Below, one piece after another: positions 16,060-24,917 of a stretch of DNA of 35,090 nt. Position 1 is the stretch's first letter, and every line of letters begins with the position of its first letter. The stretch is from a virus. The notes under the pieces were generated by a model. The model ran no database searches. It saw nothing but the letters and a program-made list of their open reading frames with translations, and had not been told where the DNA came from. A program made the position numbers and the translations under genes. The stretch is taken from positions 1 through 35,090 of the IMG/VR virus record IMGVR_UViG_3300001528_000176, one strand, 5' to 3'.

Positions 16060-16421
16060 CAGGCAAACACCGCCCAGTCCCACTCGTAGTGCCAGAAACC
16101 TGTCTCTTCCTCGTACTGGGCGCTGTTCAGTACCCAAACGAGCCCCGCGGCGTCAAAAGCCGCTTCCAGCTCATCCCGCCAGGGGTCGAACTCCCGCTTG
16201 GTGAACAGATCCGTAGAGCCGGTGACGGCCTTCTCCGCATGAACGCCGCCCGCCTCGAAGTCGTTGGCGCCGTCCTCCTGCCACACCAGATAGCGGTCGG
16301 ACTGAAGCCGCCCGCCGTGGCTTACAGCGTCCGTCACAGCCAGATGCGCCGCGATGACCCGCTGTGCCCACAGCGGCGTTGCGCCGGTGTCCGAATTGGA
16401 CACCGATCTCTTGTCACCCAT
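16059..16421 (-). CDS. Head-tail joining module protein (120 aa), unknown family
   Basis: The call rests on synteny between the adaptor and the gp10-like protein. Codons 7-12 are encoded by copy 2 of the 21-bp palindrome. Confidence 0.55.
   Translation of the reverse strand: MGDKRSVSNSDTGATPLWAQRVIAAHLAVTDAVSHGGRLQSDRYLVWQEDGANDFEAGGVHAEKAVTGSTDLFTKREFDPWRDELEAAFDAAGLVWVLNSAQYEEETGFWHYEWDWAVFA
16385..16405. repeat. Hairpin palindrome CGGTGTCC-GAATT-GGACACCG (copy 2 of 3); candidate parS
   Basis: It is identical to 1259-1279 and 29712-29732 and in the same orientation. It is embedded in coding sequence, encoding VSNSDT. Confidence 0.55.
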
Positions 16422-16797
16422 CAGACACCTCGTATTTCTGCTCGATCTTGGTCAACGTCAGATCCATGGACGCCGGATAGACGTCTGTCACCTGCTGCAC
16501 CATATCGATGCCATACTGCACACCGTCCTCCGTGATGGCTACGCACTGGGGATTGACCGCCGGCCGAAGCTGCGTCCGAATAACCCGCTCCACCTGCACC
16601 TGCGCCTGTCGGCTGGTGTAGTAGCGCTGCAGGCCAACGCGCCGTTCTTCGTAGAACAGCGTCTCGGCCAGCGTCAACGCCGGCTTGGGCTGGTAGCCCG
16701 GCTCGGCGGCATCGGTCACGGTGTAGATCCGCACCACACCGTCCCGATAGGACTGCGTGATACGCCGGTCGTCCGGCCTAAATGGCGTCTGCCGCAT
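16414..16797 (-). CDS. Head-tail adaptor / head closure protein (SPP1 gp16-like)
   Basis: The sequence reads MRQTPFRPDDRRITQSYRDGVVRIYTV...YEERRVG...RVIR.... Synteny supports the call. Confidence 0.65.
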   Translation of the reverse strand: MRQTPFRPDDRRITQSYRDGVVRIYTVTDAAEPGYQPKPALTLAETLFYEERRVGLQRYYTSRQAQVQVERVIRTQLRPAVNPQCVAITEDGVQYGIDMVQQVTDVYPASMDLTLTKIEQKYEVSDG

Positions 16798-17083
16798 ACT
16801 GCGCCACCTGCCTCTCGTGCTGCATAGCCAGCAGCCGGTTAAGGTAGTTCGTCTCGAACACGTCCAGCGCGTCGCTCAGACCGTACCGGACATATTCCTT
16901 CAGCAGCGTCAGCGGCTCTCCGGGAGCGTCGTAGTCTCCTGCCGCGCCCAGCTTGCCGTCAATGTAGGCCTCCCCGGAGGCGATGAGGTCGGACACCTTA
17001 GTGTCCGTAGCCTCATCGCTCCAGGTAATATTGCACCAGAGCTTGACGGCCTCCAGAAGCGCGGCGCTCACCGCGCCTGCCAC
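16778..17083 (-). CDS. Head-tail connector (gp6-like DNA-packaging protein)
   Basis: The motif LLEAVKLWCNITWSDEATDTKVSDLIASGEAYI is typical of gp6-like connectors. The GTG start is uncertain. Confidence 0.6.
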   Translation of the reverse strand: MAGAVSAALLEAVKLWCNITWSDEATDTKVSDLIASGEAYIDGKLGAAGDYDAPGEPLTLLKEYVRYGLSDALDVFETNYLNRLLAMQHERQVAQYAADAI

Positions 17084-17084
17084 G

Positions 17085-18560
17085 TCAGGACTTGGTGACG
17101 GTGACCGTGTAGGTCTTGGTGGTCTCGCCGTCAGGGGCGGTCACCAGCACCTTCACGGTGTTGCTGCCGGTCTGCCAGGTCGCCGCCGTACCGTTGTCGA
17201 TCTCCACGTCGTTTACGGTCACCTTGAGGGCCGCGGCCGCGTCAGAGGGCACAGCGGTGATGGTGTTGGTGGCGTTGGTGGTGGTCGCGGTGTAGCTGAC
17301 AGTGTCCTTGGCAAAGGCGGGCGTCAGCGCCAGAGAGCCGATGGACAGCGCGCTCAGCGTGGCGTCATTGGACGGGGTGGGCGCGGTCACCTGAGTCACC
17401 TTGTAGGTGGCGGGCTGGATGCCGGAGATGTCCAGCACCTGGAAGGCGTTGTTGTCCAGAGGCATACCGTTGGCGTATGCCTTGATCAGGTAGACGCGCT
17501 CGTCCTCCAGGAAGCGGTAGTGGTCGCTGTACTCAATGCGGCCCTCCGGAGACGTGCCCGCCAGCGCCAGGTAGCGGTAGGCGATGCCCATGATAGCCTT
17601 GCCGCGGGGCAGCGACGCCGTCTGAATGACGTCCATGGGATAGGGCAGCACGTCGTTGCGGTAAGAGCCATCGGGGGACATCAGCGTGGTGGCGGGCATG
17701 ACCTTCTGCAGGTAGTCCTGAGGGTTGACCAGGAAGATCACGTCCCGGACGCGGCGAGGCTTGCCGTTGGGGTCAGCCGCCATGATGGATAGCAGATTGC
17801 CCACGGTGGCGGGAGACAGGTCGGTAACCTTCACGGCGGCCTTCTCCGGGTACACGCCGCCTGTCACGACCACGTTGTCGCCCACCTGGCGATCCATGCC
17901 GATAGGCTTTTTGTTGCCGTCGCCGGTCACGAACCCGGCCTCCATGCCGTTGCTCAGCGCCTCGTACAGAGTCTGCCGGACGAAGTTGTCCAGCCACTCC
18001 GGACCGAGGTCCAGCATGGCCTTGCACACCGGCAGAAACGCGGACAACTTCAGCAGCATGGCGGGGATCTTCTTGATGCCCGCGGTCAGCTCCTTGACGA
18101 TGTCGTCACACAGCTCGCCCCACACGGCTTCCTCGTAGCCGTTGGTGTTCACCATGATCTCCACAGCACCACCGGTAGCCCGGAAGTTGATGCGGCTCAG
18201 GAGGGGATGTGCCGTCTGCAGCTCCTCGAATACGGAGTCGATAACGGTCTTGGGCAGAGCCACATCCAGACCGGTCACAGCCTGACGCGGGTCTGCGGAC
18301 TTCATGGCAGCACCCAGCTTCTGGTAGTAGGCACGCTCCTCCGCCGTCAGCTGGTGAGCACCCCGCTGTGTCAGAATGCGGGAATCCGCCTCCAGGCAGA
18401 GGTCATGGAACTTCTGCTCGTACTCCTCGTGCAGATCCAGCCCAATGCGCTGGTTCATCTCGTCCCAAACGGCGAGGAACGCCTGGGTGTCATTGGAGGC
18501 GGCAGCCTGCTGGAGAGCCTGCCGCAGCTCCTCACGGCTGCGAATGTCGTTGTTCTTCAT
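17085..18560 (-). CDS. Major capsid protein (HK97 fold) with C-terminal cadherin/Ig-like beta-sandwich extension
   Basis: It follows the protease. An AAGGAG SD precedes the ATG at 18560. The last ~93 aa (TLSALSIGSLALTPAFAKDTVSYTATTT...TKTYTVTVTKS) match the cadherin-like beta-sandwich pattern. Confidence 0.85.
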   Translation of the reverse strand: MKNNDIRSREELRQALQQAAASNDTQAFLAVWDEMNQRIGLDLHEEYEQKFHDLCLEADSRILTQRGAHQLTAEERAYYQKLGAAMKSADPRQAVTGLDVALPKTVIDSVFEELQTAHPLLSRINFRATGGAVEIMVNTNGYEEAVWGELCDDIVKELTAGIKKIPAMLLKLSAFLPVCKAMLDLGPEWLDNFVRQTLYEALSNGMEAGFVTGDGNKKPIGMDRQVGDNVVVTGGVYPEKAAVKVTDLSPATVGNLLSIMAADPNGKPRRVRDVIFLVNPQDYLQKVMPATTLMSPDGSYRNDVLPYPMDVIQTASLPRGKAIMGIAYRYLALAGTSPEGRIEYSDHYRFLEDERVYLIKAYANGMPLDNNAFQVLDISGIQPATYKVTQVTAPTPSNDATLSALSIGSLALTPAFAKDTVSYTATTTNATNTITAVPSDAAAALKVTVNDVEIDNGTAATWQTGSNTVKVLVTAPDGETTKTYTVTVTKS

Positions 18561-18561
18561 G

Positions 18562-19359
18562 TCATTCTCCTTTCGGCTCCCCAGCAAACAGGCTGAGGAT
18601 ACTGTTATTTACAGGGCTTCCGCTGCCCTTGGGGTTCTGCTTAGGTGCCGGCGTATCGCCGGCAGGGGAAACTGCAGTCAGGTCACGCAGTTGCGCGGCC
18701 AGGAGCTTCTGGTACTGCAGGCGCTGCTCCATACCGGTGTTGACCTTCTGGAGGATCGCCGCCGCATTGCTCATGTCCGCGTCCTCATCAGCCAATCGGT
18801 CAGCCAGTCCGTACTCGACGCACTGCTCCGCCGTCAGCCACGTCTCTGCGTCCATCATCTCCGCCAGCTTATCCTCGGGCAGCTTATCTCCGGCCTTCTG
18901 CAGATACGCCTGACGGCTGGCCGCGTTGATAACGTCCAGATCGTCCGCCGCCTTGCGCAGCTCCGCCGAATTGCCCACAGCCGACAACCACACGTTGTGG
19001 ATCATCATCAGCGTGTTGCGGGGCATGATCACCTCATCGCCCGCCATGGCGATCACCGATGCGATGGAGCAGGCGAAGCCGTCCACGTGCACCACTTTCC
19101 GCGCCGGATGGCGCTTCAGCTGGTTGTAGATAGCCGTGCCCTCAAACACGCTGCCGCCGTAGCTGTTGATATAGATGTCGATGCGGGATGCATTGGGATA
19201 CTTAGCCAGTTCTTCGCGGAAGTGCTGCGCGCTGTTTTCGCTCGGTACATAGCGCCAGAGCTCCCAGTCAAATTCCTTGCCCTCCACGTCGCCGTAGATA
19301 TAGAGAGCCAGCGCTCCGCCCTCAGCGGCCTGCTTCAGCTCCCAGAGTCTGGTTTTCAT
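18562..19359 (-). CDS. Head maturation protease (ClpP/S14 family)
   Basis: The sequence reads ...IDIYINSYGGSVFEGTAIYNQLKRHPARKVVHVDGFACSIASVIAMAG.... The ATGA overlap with the portal stop codon fixes the start at 19359. Confidence 0.85.
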   Translation of the reverse strand: MKTRLWELKQAAEGGALALYIYGDVEGKEFDWELWRYVPSENSAQHFREELAKYPNASRIDIYINSYGGSVFEGTAIYNQLKRHPARKVVHVDGFACSIASVIAMAGDEVIMPRNTLMMIHNVWLSAVGNSAELRKAADDLDVINAASRQAYLQKAGDKLPEDKLAEMMDAETWLTAEQCVEYGLADRLADEDADMSNAAAILQKVNTGMEQRLQYQKLLAAQLRDLTAVSPAGDTPAPKQNPKGSGSPVNNSILSLFAGEPKGE

Positions 19360-20540
19360 CCGTTTCCTCCTTCCGCGGCGCCCAAGGCGGAGGCTTCCGC
19401 GCCCAGCGTCGCAATATTTTTTGTGAGATAGTGCTCGTCCGCCCACGGCTCGGGGATGGCGGGCAGCCCCGCCGCCCGAAGAACGTCGTTGATGGAGAAC
19501 ACACCAGAGCCTACCAGCTTTTCCACGTTGGCAGCATTGGCAAACATGTCAAAGTGTCGGACACTGCTGGTGTCAATGCGGAGGTAGTTTCCGTTGGAAA
19601 TACCCTCGTAGCCATACCGCTTACGGTTGATCTCCTCCTGCAGCTGGTCACAGATGGGGTCGATGCAGCCCGTCAGAAAGCGCCCCTGCGCGTCCTCCGT
19701 GCCCTGCACGCTGCCGTCTACCAGCACAGCAGGGATCTGCAATGCCTTTGCGGTAAAGCCCAGGATGTCCTTCATCTGGCTTTGGATATCGGCCAATTCG
19801 ACACCGGCCGTCCCGCCCTCGTTGGTATAGGCGTAGCCGTCGAACTCCGGCAGGATCGCGCCGCTGGAATCGAGGAACGTTTTCACCTGATCTTGGATCA
19901 TGGCCGTGAAGTTCTGCGTGAAGCCCTCAGCGCCCTGTGCCAGCTGGTTCACATGAACCTTCCAATGCTGCCCCTTGTCCCACTCATAGCGCTTCATAGC
20001 CGCCTGAATGAGCCGCCAGTAAGAGCTGTACAGCCCATCCAGCACCGGCTTCATGTTGATGTGGTTAAGGGTAAGATGCAGGACCTCATTCTCCCGAAAC
20101 GTCTTATCGTAGCTGACATCGCCCACCTGCACCTCGATGTACTCGTTCTGCCGGCTGGGATATTCCCCGTTCAGCAGCCAGCTGTCAGCCACCACCAGGG
20201 CATCGTAGCCGCCCCGCTGCCGGGTGCTTATCACCAAGGCCTCGTTGTCTACCAACAGCTTGGCCACCAGCTTGTGCAAAAACGCCGTGGAGTTCTGGTT
20301 TACGTTCGGCTCAACGTTCCATAGGTAATGTTCGCGCTCCCGAATCTCCCTGCCATCGCGGAAAGTGCGAAACTCGCAGCGCCCCACGGCACTGGCGATC
20401 ATGTTCGCGCAGACCCAGAAGCAGGTGTCCCGTAGCTGAAATTCCTGCGCCGCTGCCAGAAGATCGCGGCACGTGATCTCCACCGTGGTGGGAGAACGAG
20501 CCTTGCCTCCGGCGAGCCACTTCCAAAAATTAAGTGCCAT
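19356..20540 (-). CDS. Portal protein (HK97 family)
   Basis: Its size, its position after TerL, a GGAGGTG SD and the typical N-terminus MALNFWKWL... support the call. Confidence 0.85.
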   Translation of the reverse strand: MALNFWKWLAGGKARSPTTVEITCRDLLAAAQEFQLRDTCFWVCANMIASAVGRCEFRTFRDGREIREREHYLWNVEPNVNQNSTAFLHKLVAKLLVDNEALVISTRQRGGYDALVVADSWLLNGEYPSRQNEYIEVQVGDVSYDKTFRENEVLHLTLNHINMKPVLDGLYSSYWRLIQAAMKRYEWDKGQHWKVHVNQLAQGAEGFTQNFTAMIQDQVKTFLDSSGAILPEFDGYAYTNEGGTAGVELADIQSQMKDILGFTAKALQIPAVLVDGSVQGTEDAQGRFLTGCIDPICDQLQEEINRKRYGYEGISNGNYLRIDTSSVRHFDMFANAANVEKLVGSGVFSINDVLRAAGLPAIPEPWADEHYLTKNIATLGAEASALGAAEGGNG

Positions 20541-20550
20541 TGCCCACCTC

Positions 20551-22236
20551 CTATAGCCGGATCGCGCCGATGGGCGGCAGCTTTACCGGCTCGCCGGTGC
20601 CAAGCACCGCCTCCTCGGTCATAGATGCCGCCAGAGCCATGAACGGGTCCGTCTTCCGGCTCTTCGGTTCGATCTTAGCGTAGTAGAAATTTCCTGTATT
20701 CGTACCGGCACGTTGGCCGCTGCGTACTCTCTTGGTATTGTTCACCGCCCAGCGCAGGGGCGGGTTGTCACCCCATGTGAACAGGTCGCGGTCAAAGCAT
20801 TCCTGGATCACCGGGTCGACCTGCATAATGTCGCTGGGTCGAACCAGCTTCACGCGGTTCTTGTCCCTGGCGTCAAAGCCGATGCGCCGCATGGCGTCGC
20901 TCACCAGCGTCCAGCGGAAGTGGTCCATCGACAGCTTGACGATATTGTACTTTAAGCCCATCTCCTTCAGGTAGTCCGCCAGGAGGTTGGGGTCGATGCT
21001 CACATCGTCCACCACCGTCAGCTTTCCCGCCTCCGCCCAGGATCGCCACGGGGCGACGATGCGGGAGAGCGACCGGCTTTGCAGGCAGACCCACGAATGG
21101 CTGATGTCATAACGCTGCGCGCCCACACGGAAGTGCAGATTGACGCTCGCCCAGTCGTTGATTTCCGCGTAGTCGATGCCGGCCACGCAGGACTTCCCGC
21201 GAAGATCCGGCAGCGGCCGGTTGGTCGCCTTGACCTTGGCATAGTCCGTCACGCTGATCTCCAGCTGGCCGGCGCGGATACCCATCCGCTTTGTCAGGAA
21301 GTCTCCGTTCTGCTCCGGGTTGACCAGCCAGTCTGCATATTCCTCCTCGATCTCTTGCCGCAGGTGGGGGACATAGGACAGCGATGGGTTCGCCATAAAC
21401 CAGTTCTCCGGGTCGTTGACCTGCTCCCGGTTTTCCAGGCAGCAGATGAACGGGAGATAACCGCCCTCCGGCTCCGCCTCATTCTCAAAAAGGATCCGCC
21501 GACCCTGGGCTATGAAGTCATCCAGCGGGCCATCAGACACGTCTCCGTTGGATGTAAACATCCCGATGCGCGGCTGCCCGACCTTGCCCAGACCGGTGAC
21601 GAAAACCTTGTAGTTGTTGTAGTTCTCAAAGGCGTGGACTTCGTTAAAGACGACCTTGCCGGAGCGCATACCGTCCCGTCCCTTCGGGTTGTTGGTGCGC
21701 CCCTTCATCACGCCCTTGTTCTTCCGGCCCTGCACCATCTCCTTGGTGTGGTAATAGTGTCTGTTGAGCTTCGATTCCCACTTGGGGGATTCGAGGACTT
21801 CGGAAAGATCCTTTACCGGCGTGACCGCCTGCTCCTCGTTGTTGGCGCACACGTCCACGTTGTAGTTCTTCACGGGATTGTAGGGGGAGATGGAGCATGC
21901 GCCGTCAAAGGCGATGAAACCGTCCTTGCCTGCACCGCGCCCCACCATGCAGAGCAGCTTCTTCCACCGCGGCCGCCCGTCGGCGCGGTAGGTGCAGTCC
22001 CACAGCGCGAGGAGGAACTCTTCCCAAGGAAACAGCCGTTCATAGGGGAAGTAGCGCAGCAGGCTCAGGTACCGGCGCAGCTGCTCCGTGTCCACGTAGA
22101 TGTCCTCCGTGTCGAATACGCGGCGGATCATCGCCACCAGCGCGTGCTGCTCGGGACAGGCGCGGGGATTATTGGACTCGACGATCTCGATATAGCGCAG
22201 CACCTCCGCGGGGATCTCACAGCTCATCGTCGTCAT
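20551..22236 (-). CDS. terL: Terminase large subunit
   Basis: The Walker A-like motif is MVGRGAGKDGF. The 561-aa size and the position between TerS and the portal fit. Confidence 0.9.
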   Translation of the reverse strand: MTTMSCEIPAEVLRYIEIVESNNPRACPEQHALVAMIRRVFDTEDIYVDTEQLRRYLSLLRYFPYERLFPWEEFLLALWDCTYRADGRPRWKKLLCMVGRGAGKDGFIAFDGACSISPYNPVKNYNVDVCANNEEQAVTPVKDLSEVLESPKWESKLNRHYYHTKEMVQGRKNKGVMKGRTNNPKGRDGMRSGKVVFNEVHAFENYNNYKVFVTGLGKVGQPRIGMFTSNGDVSDGPLDDFIAQGRRILFENEAEPEGGYLPFICCLENREQVNDPENWFMANPSLSYVPHLRQEIEEEYADWLVNPEQNGDFLTKRMGIRAGQLEISVTDYAKVKATNRPLPDLRGKSCVAGIDYAEINDWASVNLHFRVGAQRYDISHSWVCLQSRSLSRIVAPWRSWAEAGKLTVVDDVSIDPNLLADYLKEMGLKYNIVKLSMDHFRWTLVSDAMRRIGFDARDKNRVKLVRPSDIMQVDPVIQECFDRDLFTWGDNPPLRWAVNNTKRVRSGQRAGTNTGNFYYAKIEPKSRKTDPFMALAASMTEEAVLGTGEPVKLPPIGAIRL

Positions 22237-22825
22237 CGCCCCGGGCGGCAGCCGCCAGAGCGTCCTCCTTAAAGCCCAGCGTGGTGAAGATCGCCAGCAT
22301 CTGACGGGAGACCTGAATCTCCAGCGACACGCTGCGGTTTTCCATCAGCCGCCCCCGGTCATCCGTGACGGTCAGCCCGCGCCGGACAATGTCGTCCCGC
22401 AGATCCTGCCGCCGCACCCAGAAGTCCATATACTCCTGCACCTTATCCCGGTACACGTCGCCGTCAAGATCCCTGTCGATCAAGTTCTGCAGCATCGACT
22501 GCCGGAGCTCCTTATAGGCGTCCGTCAGGCGGTAGTTCTTTCGCTTCTGCGGGGGTGCGTCATGACCCGCCCGCTGCGTTTCCAGATGCCGCGCCATGGG
22601 CACGTTCTTCTTCGCTGCGGCGACCTGGTCGCGGCGCAGAACAATGCGCCCCATCATAGCCAGCCGGTCATACGCGCTCCGGAAGTCCTCACCGTAGGTG
22701 TCCATGCACCAAGCGTTCAGCGCTGTTTCATCACAGCCAAACCAACCGCACACCTCCTCCACGGAGCACTGCATACCGCACAGGCTCTCAAATTGCTTTC
22801 GGTCAAATTCTCTAAACTGGGGCAC
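22217..22825 (-). CDS. terS: Terminase small subunit (P27-like C-terminal region)
   Basis: The GTG at 22825 lies 7 nt after GGAAGGAGGTG. The gene overlaps terL. The C-terminal part reads ...DFWVRRQDLRDDIVRRGLTVTD...SVSLEIQVSRQML. Confidence 0.7.
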   Translation of the reverse strand: MPQFREFDRKQFESLCGMQCSVEEVCGWFGCDETALNAWCMDTYGEDFRSAYDRLAMMGRIVLRRDQVAAAKKNVPMARHLETQRAGHDAPPQKRKNYRLTDAYKELRQSMLQNLIDRDLDGDVYRDKVQEYMDFWVRRQDLRDDIVRRGLTVTDDRGRLMENRSVSLEIQVSRQMLAIFTTLGFKEDALAAAARGDDDDEL

Positions 22826-22844
22826 CTCAAAGCACCTCCTTCCT

Positions 22845-23999
22845 TCAGCCAAGAGAAGCAATGACGGCTTTCTCCCGATCAGAGAGCTGCCACTTCTCCG
22901 CCGCTGCCTTCTCCGAAATCAAGAAGCCAGAACCAAAAAGCCCTTTGCCTTTCTCGCGCTGAGAATCTAAAGACCGGATAAACGACAGATGGGCGCGAGG
23001 AACTCTGAAATCCACACCATGCGAGGAAAAGTATTGCACCATTGTGCCGGTCAAGACGTTCGCCGGATAGGAGTACACAGGGAGATCCTTTCGGGCTGCT
23101 CTCAAGTTTTCGTCGTTTGCAGCCTTAAGGAGTCCTCGGAGATCAGGAGCGGATTCCACCGCGAAGTCTCCCATGTTCGTCACGAAGGAGACACATATAT
23201 TTGCGCCGTTCTCGAATACGACAGGGGCTCCGCAGGCAATATAGTTCAGGCTTCCTCGACCAATGCCCAGAAGCGTAAGAGCCGGGGCGAACAAAAAGAA
23301 TCGGACGCCATTTTGCATGTACCAGTCGCAGATTTCAGAGATAATCGAGAAGGGCGGGTTATCTATAACAACGGCATTCTCGTCATAGGTCACCGCCCTA
23401 TAATCGCCACCCGGATAGAACGGGCGCAGCACCTCCGCGCCAGATAAGCCATAACGATCAACGGCCCAATCCTTAACTACCGCGTATACATTCTCCGGCG
23501 TGTAGCAGTCGTCTGTCGTTTTCTTTGGCATGAATTTCTCAACAAAGGACTGGTAGTCGGGGTCTTCGTCGCTTAAAGGATTTTCAGAAACAGCGGCAGC
23601 ACAGGCAGCGGGGGAGCCGATTTCAAATCCCGCACCGGGCAACTCGCCCCACTCGAAATCAAACGCCGACAGATCCAGCTCTGGCAGCTCGGCGGACAGA
23701 AGGTCGAGATCCCACGGGCTCTCGTTGGTCTTGTTGTCCACCAGGCGCAGGGCGTTCACCTGCTCCGGGGTCAGGTCGTCCACGCAGACGCAGGGCACCT
23801 CAACCATGCCCAGCTTCTCCGCCGCCAGGGCGCGGCAGTGACCAATGACGATCACGCCGTCCCGGTCTACCACGACCGGCTGCACAAAGCCGAACTGGCG
23901 GATGCTCTCCGCCACGTTAGCCACCTGCGCAGCGTCGTGCTTTTTGGCGTTGGCGAGATACGGCGTCAGCTCCGCCAACCGCCTGTTTTCGATTCGCAT
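22845..23999 (-). CDS. ParB-like nuclease-domain / N6-adenine DNA methyltransferase fusion (384 aa)
   Basis: The ATG at 23999 follows GGGAGGTG. The N-terminus has ...VQPVVVDRDGVIVIGHCRALAA... (ParB/Srx fold). The C-terminus has the IDNPPFS catalytic motif. Confidence 0.8.
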   Translation of the reverse strand: MRIENRRLAELTPYLANAKKHDAAQVANVAESIRQFGFVQPVVVDRDGVIVIGHCRALAAEKLGMVEVPCVCVDDLTPEQVNALRLVDNKTNESPWDLDLLSAELPELDLSAFDFEWGELPGAGFEIGSPAACAAAVSENPLSDEDPDYQSFVEKFMPKKTTDDCYTPENVYAVVKDWAVDRYGLSGAEVLRPFYPGGDYRAVTYDENAVVIDNPPFSIISEICDWYMQNGVRFFLFAPALTLLGIGRGSLNYIACGAPVVFENGANICVSFVTNMGDFAVESAPDLRGLLKAANDENLRAARKDLPVYSYPANVLTGTMVQYFSSHGVDFRVPRAHLSFIRSLDSQREKGKGLFGSGFLISEKAAAEKWQLSDREKAVIASLG

Positions 24000-24259
24000 A
24001 AAGTCACCTCCCGTGCCCGATTCGGACACCGACATCTGCGGCTTTGCGGGACGGGCGGACGAGCCGCCCGAACCGGGGAAAAGGAGAAGAGTACTTCCGG
24101 AGCTGCCCGCCCCGCAAAACCGCAGTTTATTCGGGATTTGCCCGGCGATTCTCGCGCCCACGCGCAGCGCGGCACCGCGCAGACGCGGAAATCGCTGGAA
24201 TGTCTTGGACCCCCGCGAGTAGCGAACAGCGGCCGCAGGCCGTTTTTCTGAGGGGGGGG

Positions 24260-24607
24260 TCAGTCCCACCGTTCCGCCGTCAGCGGCGGCGCTGTTGGCA
24301 TGTATTGGCGCTGGCTCTCTGGGTGCAGTGCTTCATGACAACGCTTGCACACAGCCTCCAGCTGCCGCCTGCCCCCGTCGTAGACCGACAACGCGAGATC
24401 AGGACGGTCACGGAGATGCTGCACATGGTGGACGATGCTCGCCCTGGAGTACACGCCGCGCCGCTTGCACTCCTGGCACTCGTGGTTGTCCATGCTCAAC
24501 ACGTCCCGGCGGAGCTTCCTCCACTCCGTCCACGAGTAAAACTCATGCTCGTTGCCTGCATCAAGCAGCCCGCGCAGCTCCGCGAGACGCCCATCTGAGA
24601 TTCCCAT
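24260..24607 (-). CDS. HNH endonuclease (packaging-associated type)
   Basis: The motifs are ...DNHECQECKRRG...VHHVQHL...AVCKRCHEALH. The ATG at 24607 follows GGAGGG. The longer ORF to 24715 is probably a spurious extension. Confidence 0.8.
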   Translation of the reverse strand: MGISDGRLAELRGLLDAGNEHEFYSWTEWRKLRRDVLSMDNHECQECKRRGVYSRASIVHHVQHLRDRPDLALSVYDGGRRQLEAVCKRCHEALHPESQRQYMPTAPPLTAERWD

Positions 24608-24707
24608 TCGCCCTCCGCTTCGGACTCCGACGATCCGGCTCGCGGCTATCACCTCGCGGCAAAACAAAAAACGCCGAAGTCCATGATACAGCACCAACTT
24701 GTGGTGT

Positions 24708-24917
24708 TTACTCATGGGCTCCGGCGTTCAACGCTCTGGCCTCTTGCTCGATATGCAGGATGATCTCCGTTTTGCAGTCCCGGCAATAGACAGGCAGCTT
24801 CGTCGCTGCTGTTCCGGGGAGAACTCGCAGGAAGTGACGGTTGCGGTTACACCTGGGACAGGTAAGCCATCCATCGTTCCTTGGGGATATTGTACCGTAT
24901 TCCGTTGTTATTCGCAA
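24708..24917 (-). CDS. Small zinc-ribbon protein (CPRC...x23...CRDC), resembles Cys-rich KTR-type proteins; start uncertain
   Basis: The sequence is WLTCPRCNRNRHFLRVLPGTAATKLPVYCRDCKTEIILHI. Only a TTG start exists in frame. An SD-preceded ATG at 24927 lies in another frame. Confidence 0.5.
   Translation of the reverse strand: MRITTEYGTISPRNDGWLTCPRCNRNRHFLRVLPGTAATKLPVYCRDCKTEIILHIEQEARALNAGAHE

Noticed and set aside
24000-24269. A 90-codon N-terminal extension of the methylase ORF, since the ORF track starts it at 24269. The protease (to 19446), the gp10-like gene (to 16137), parA (to 30730), HNH (to 24715) and the cro-like gene (to 34169) have similar extensions.
   Set aside because: The extensions are Arg/Gly/Pro-rich and have no SD. 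In each case an internal ATG or GTG has a strong SD or a stop-start overlap, and the recognisable domain begins right there.
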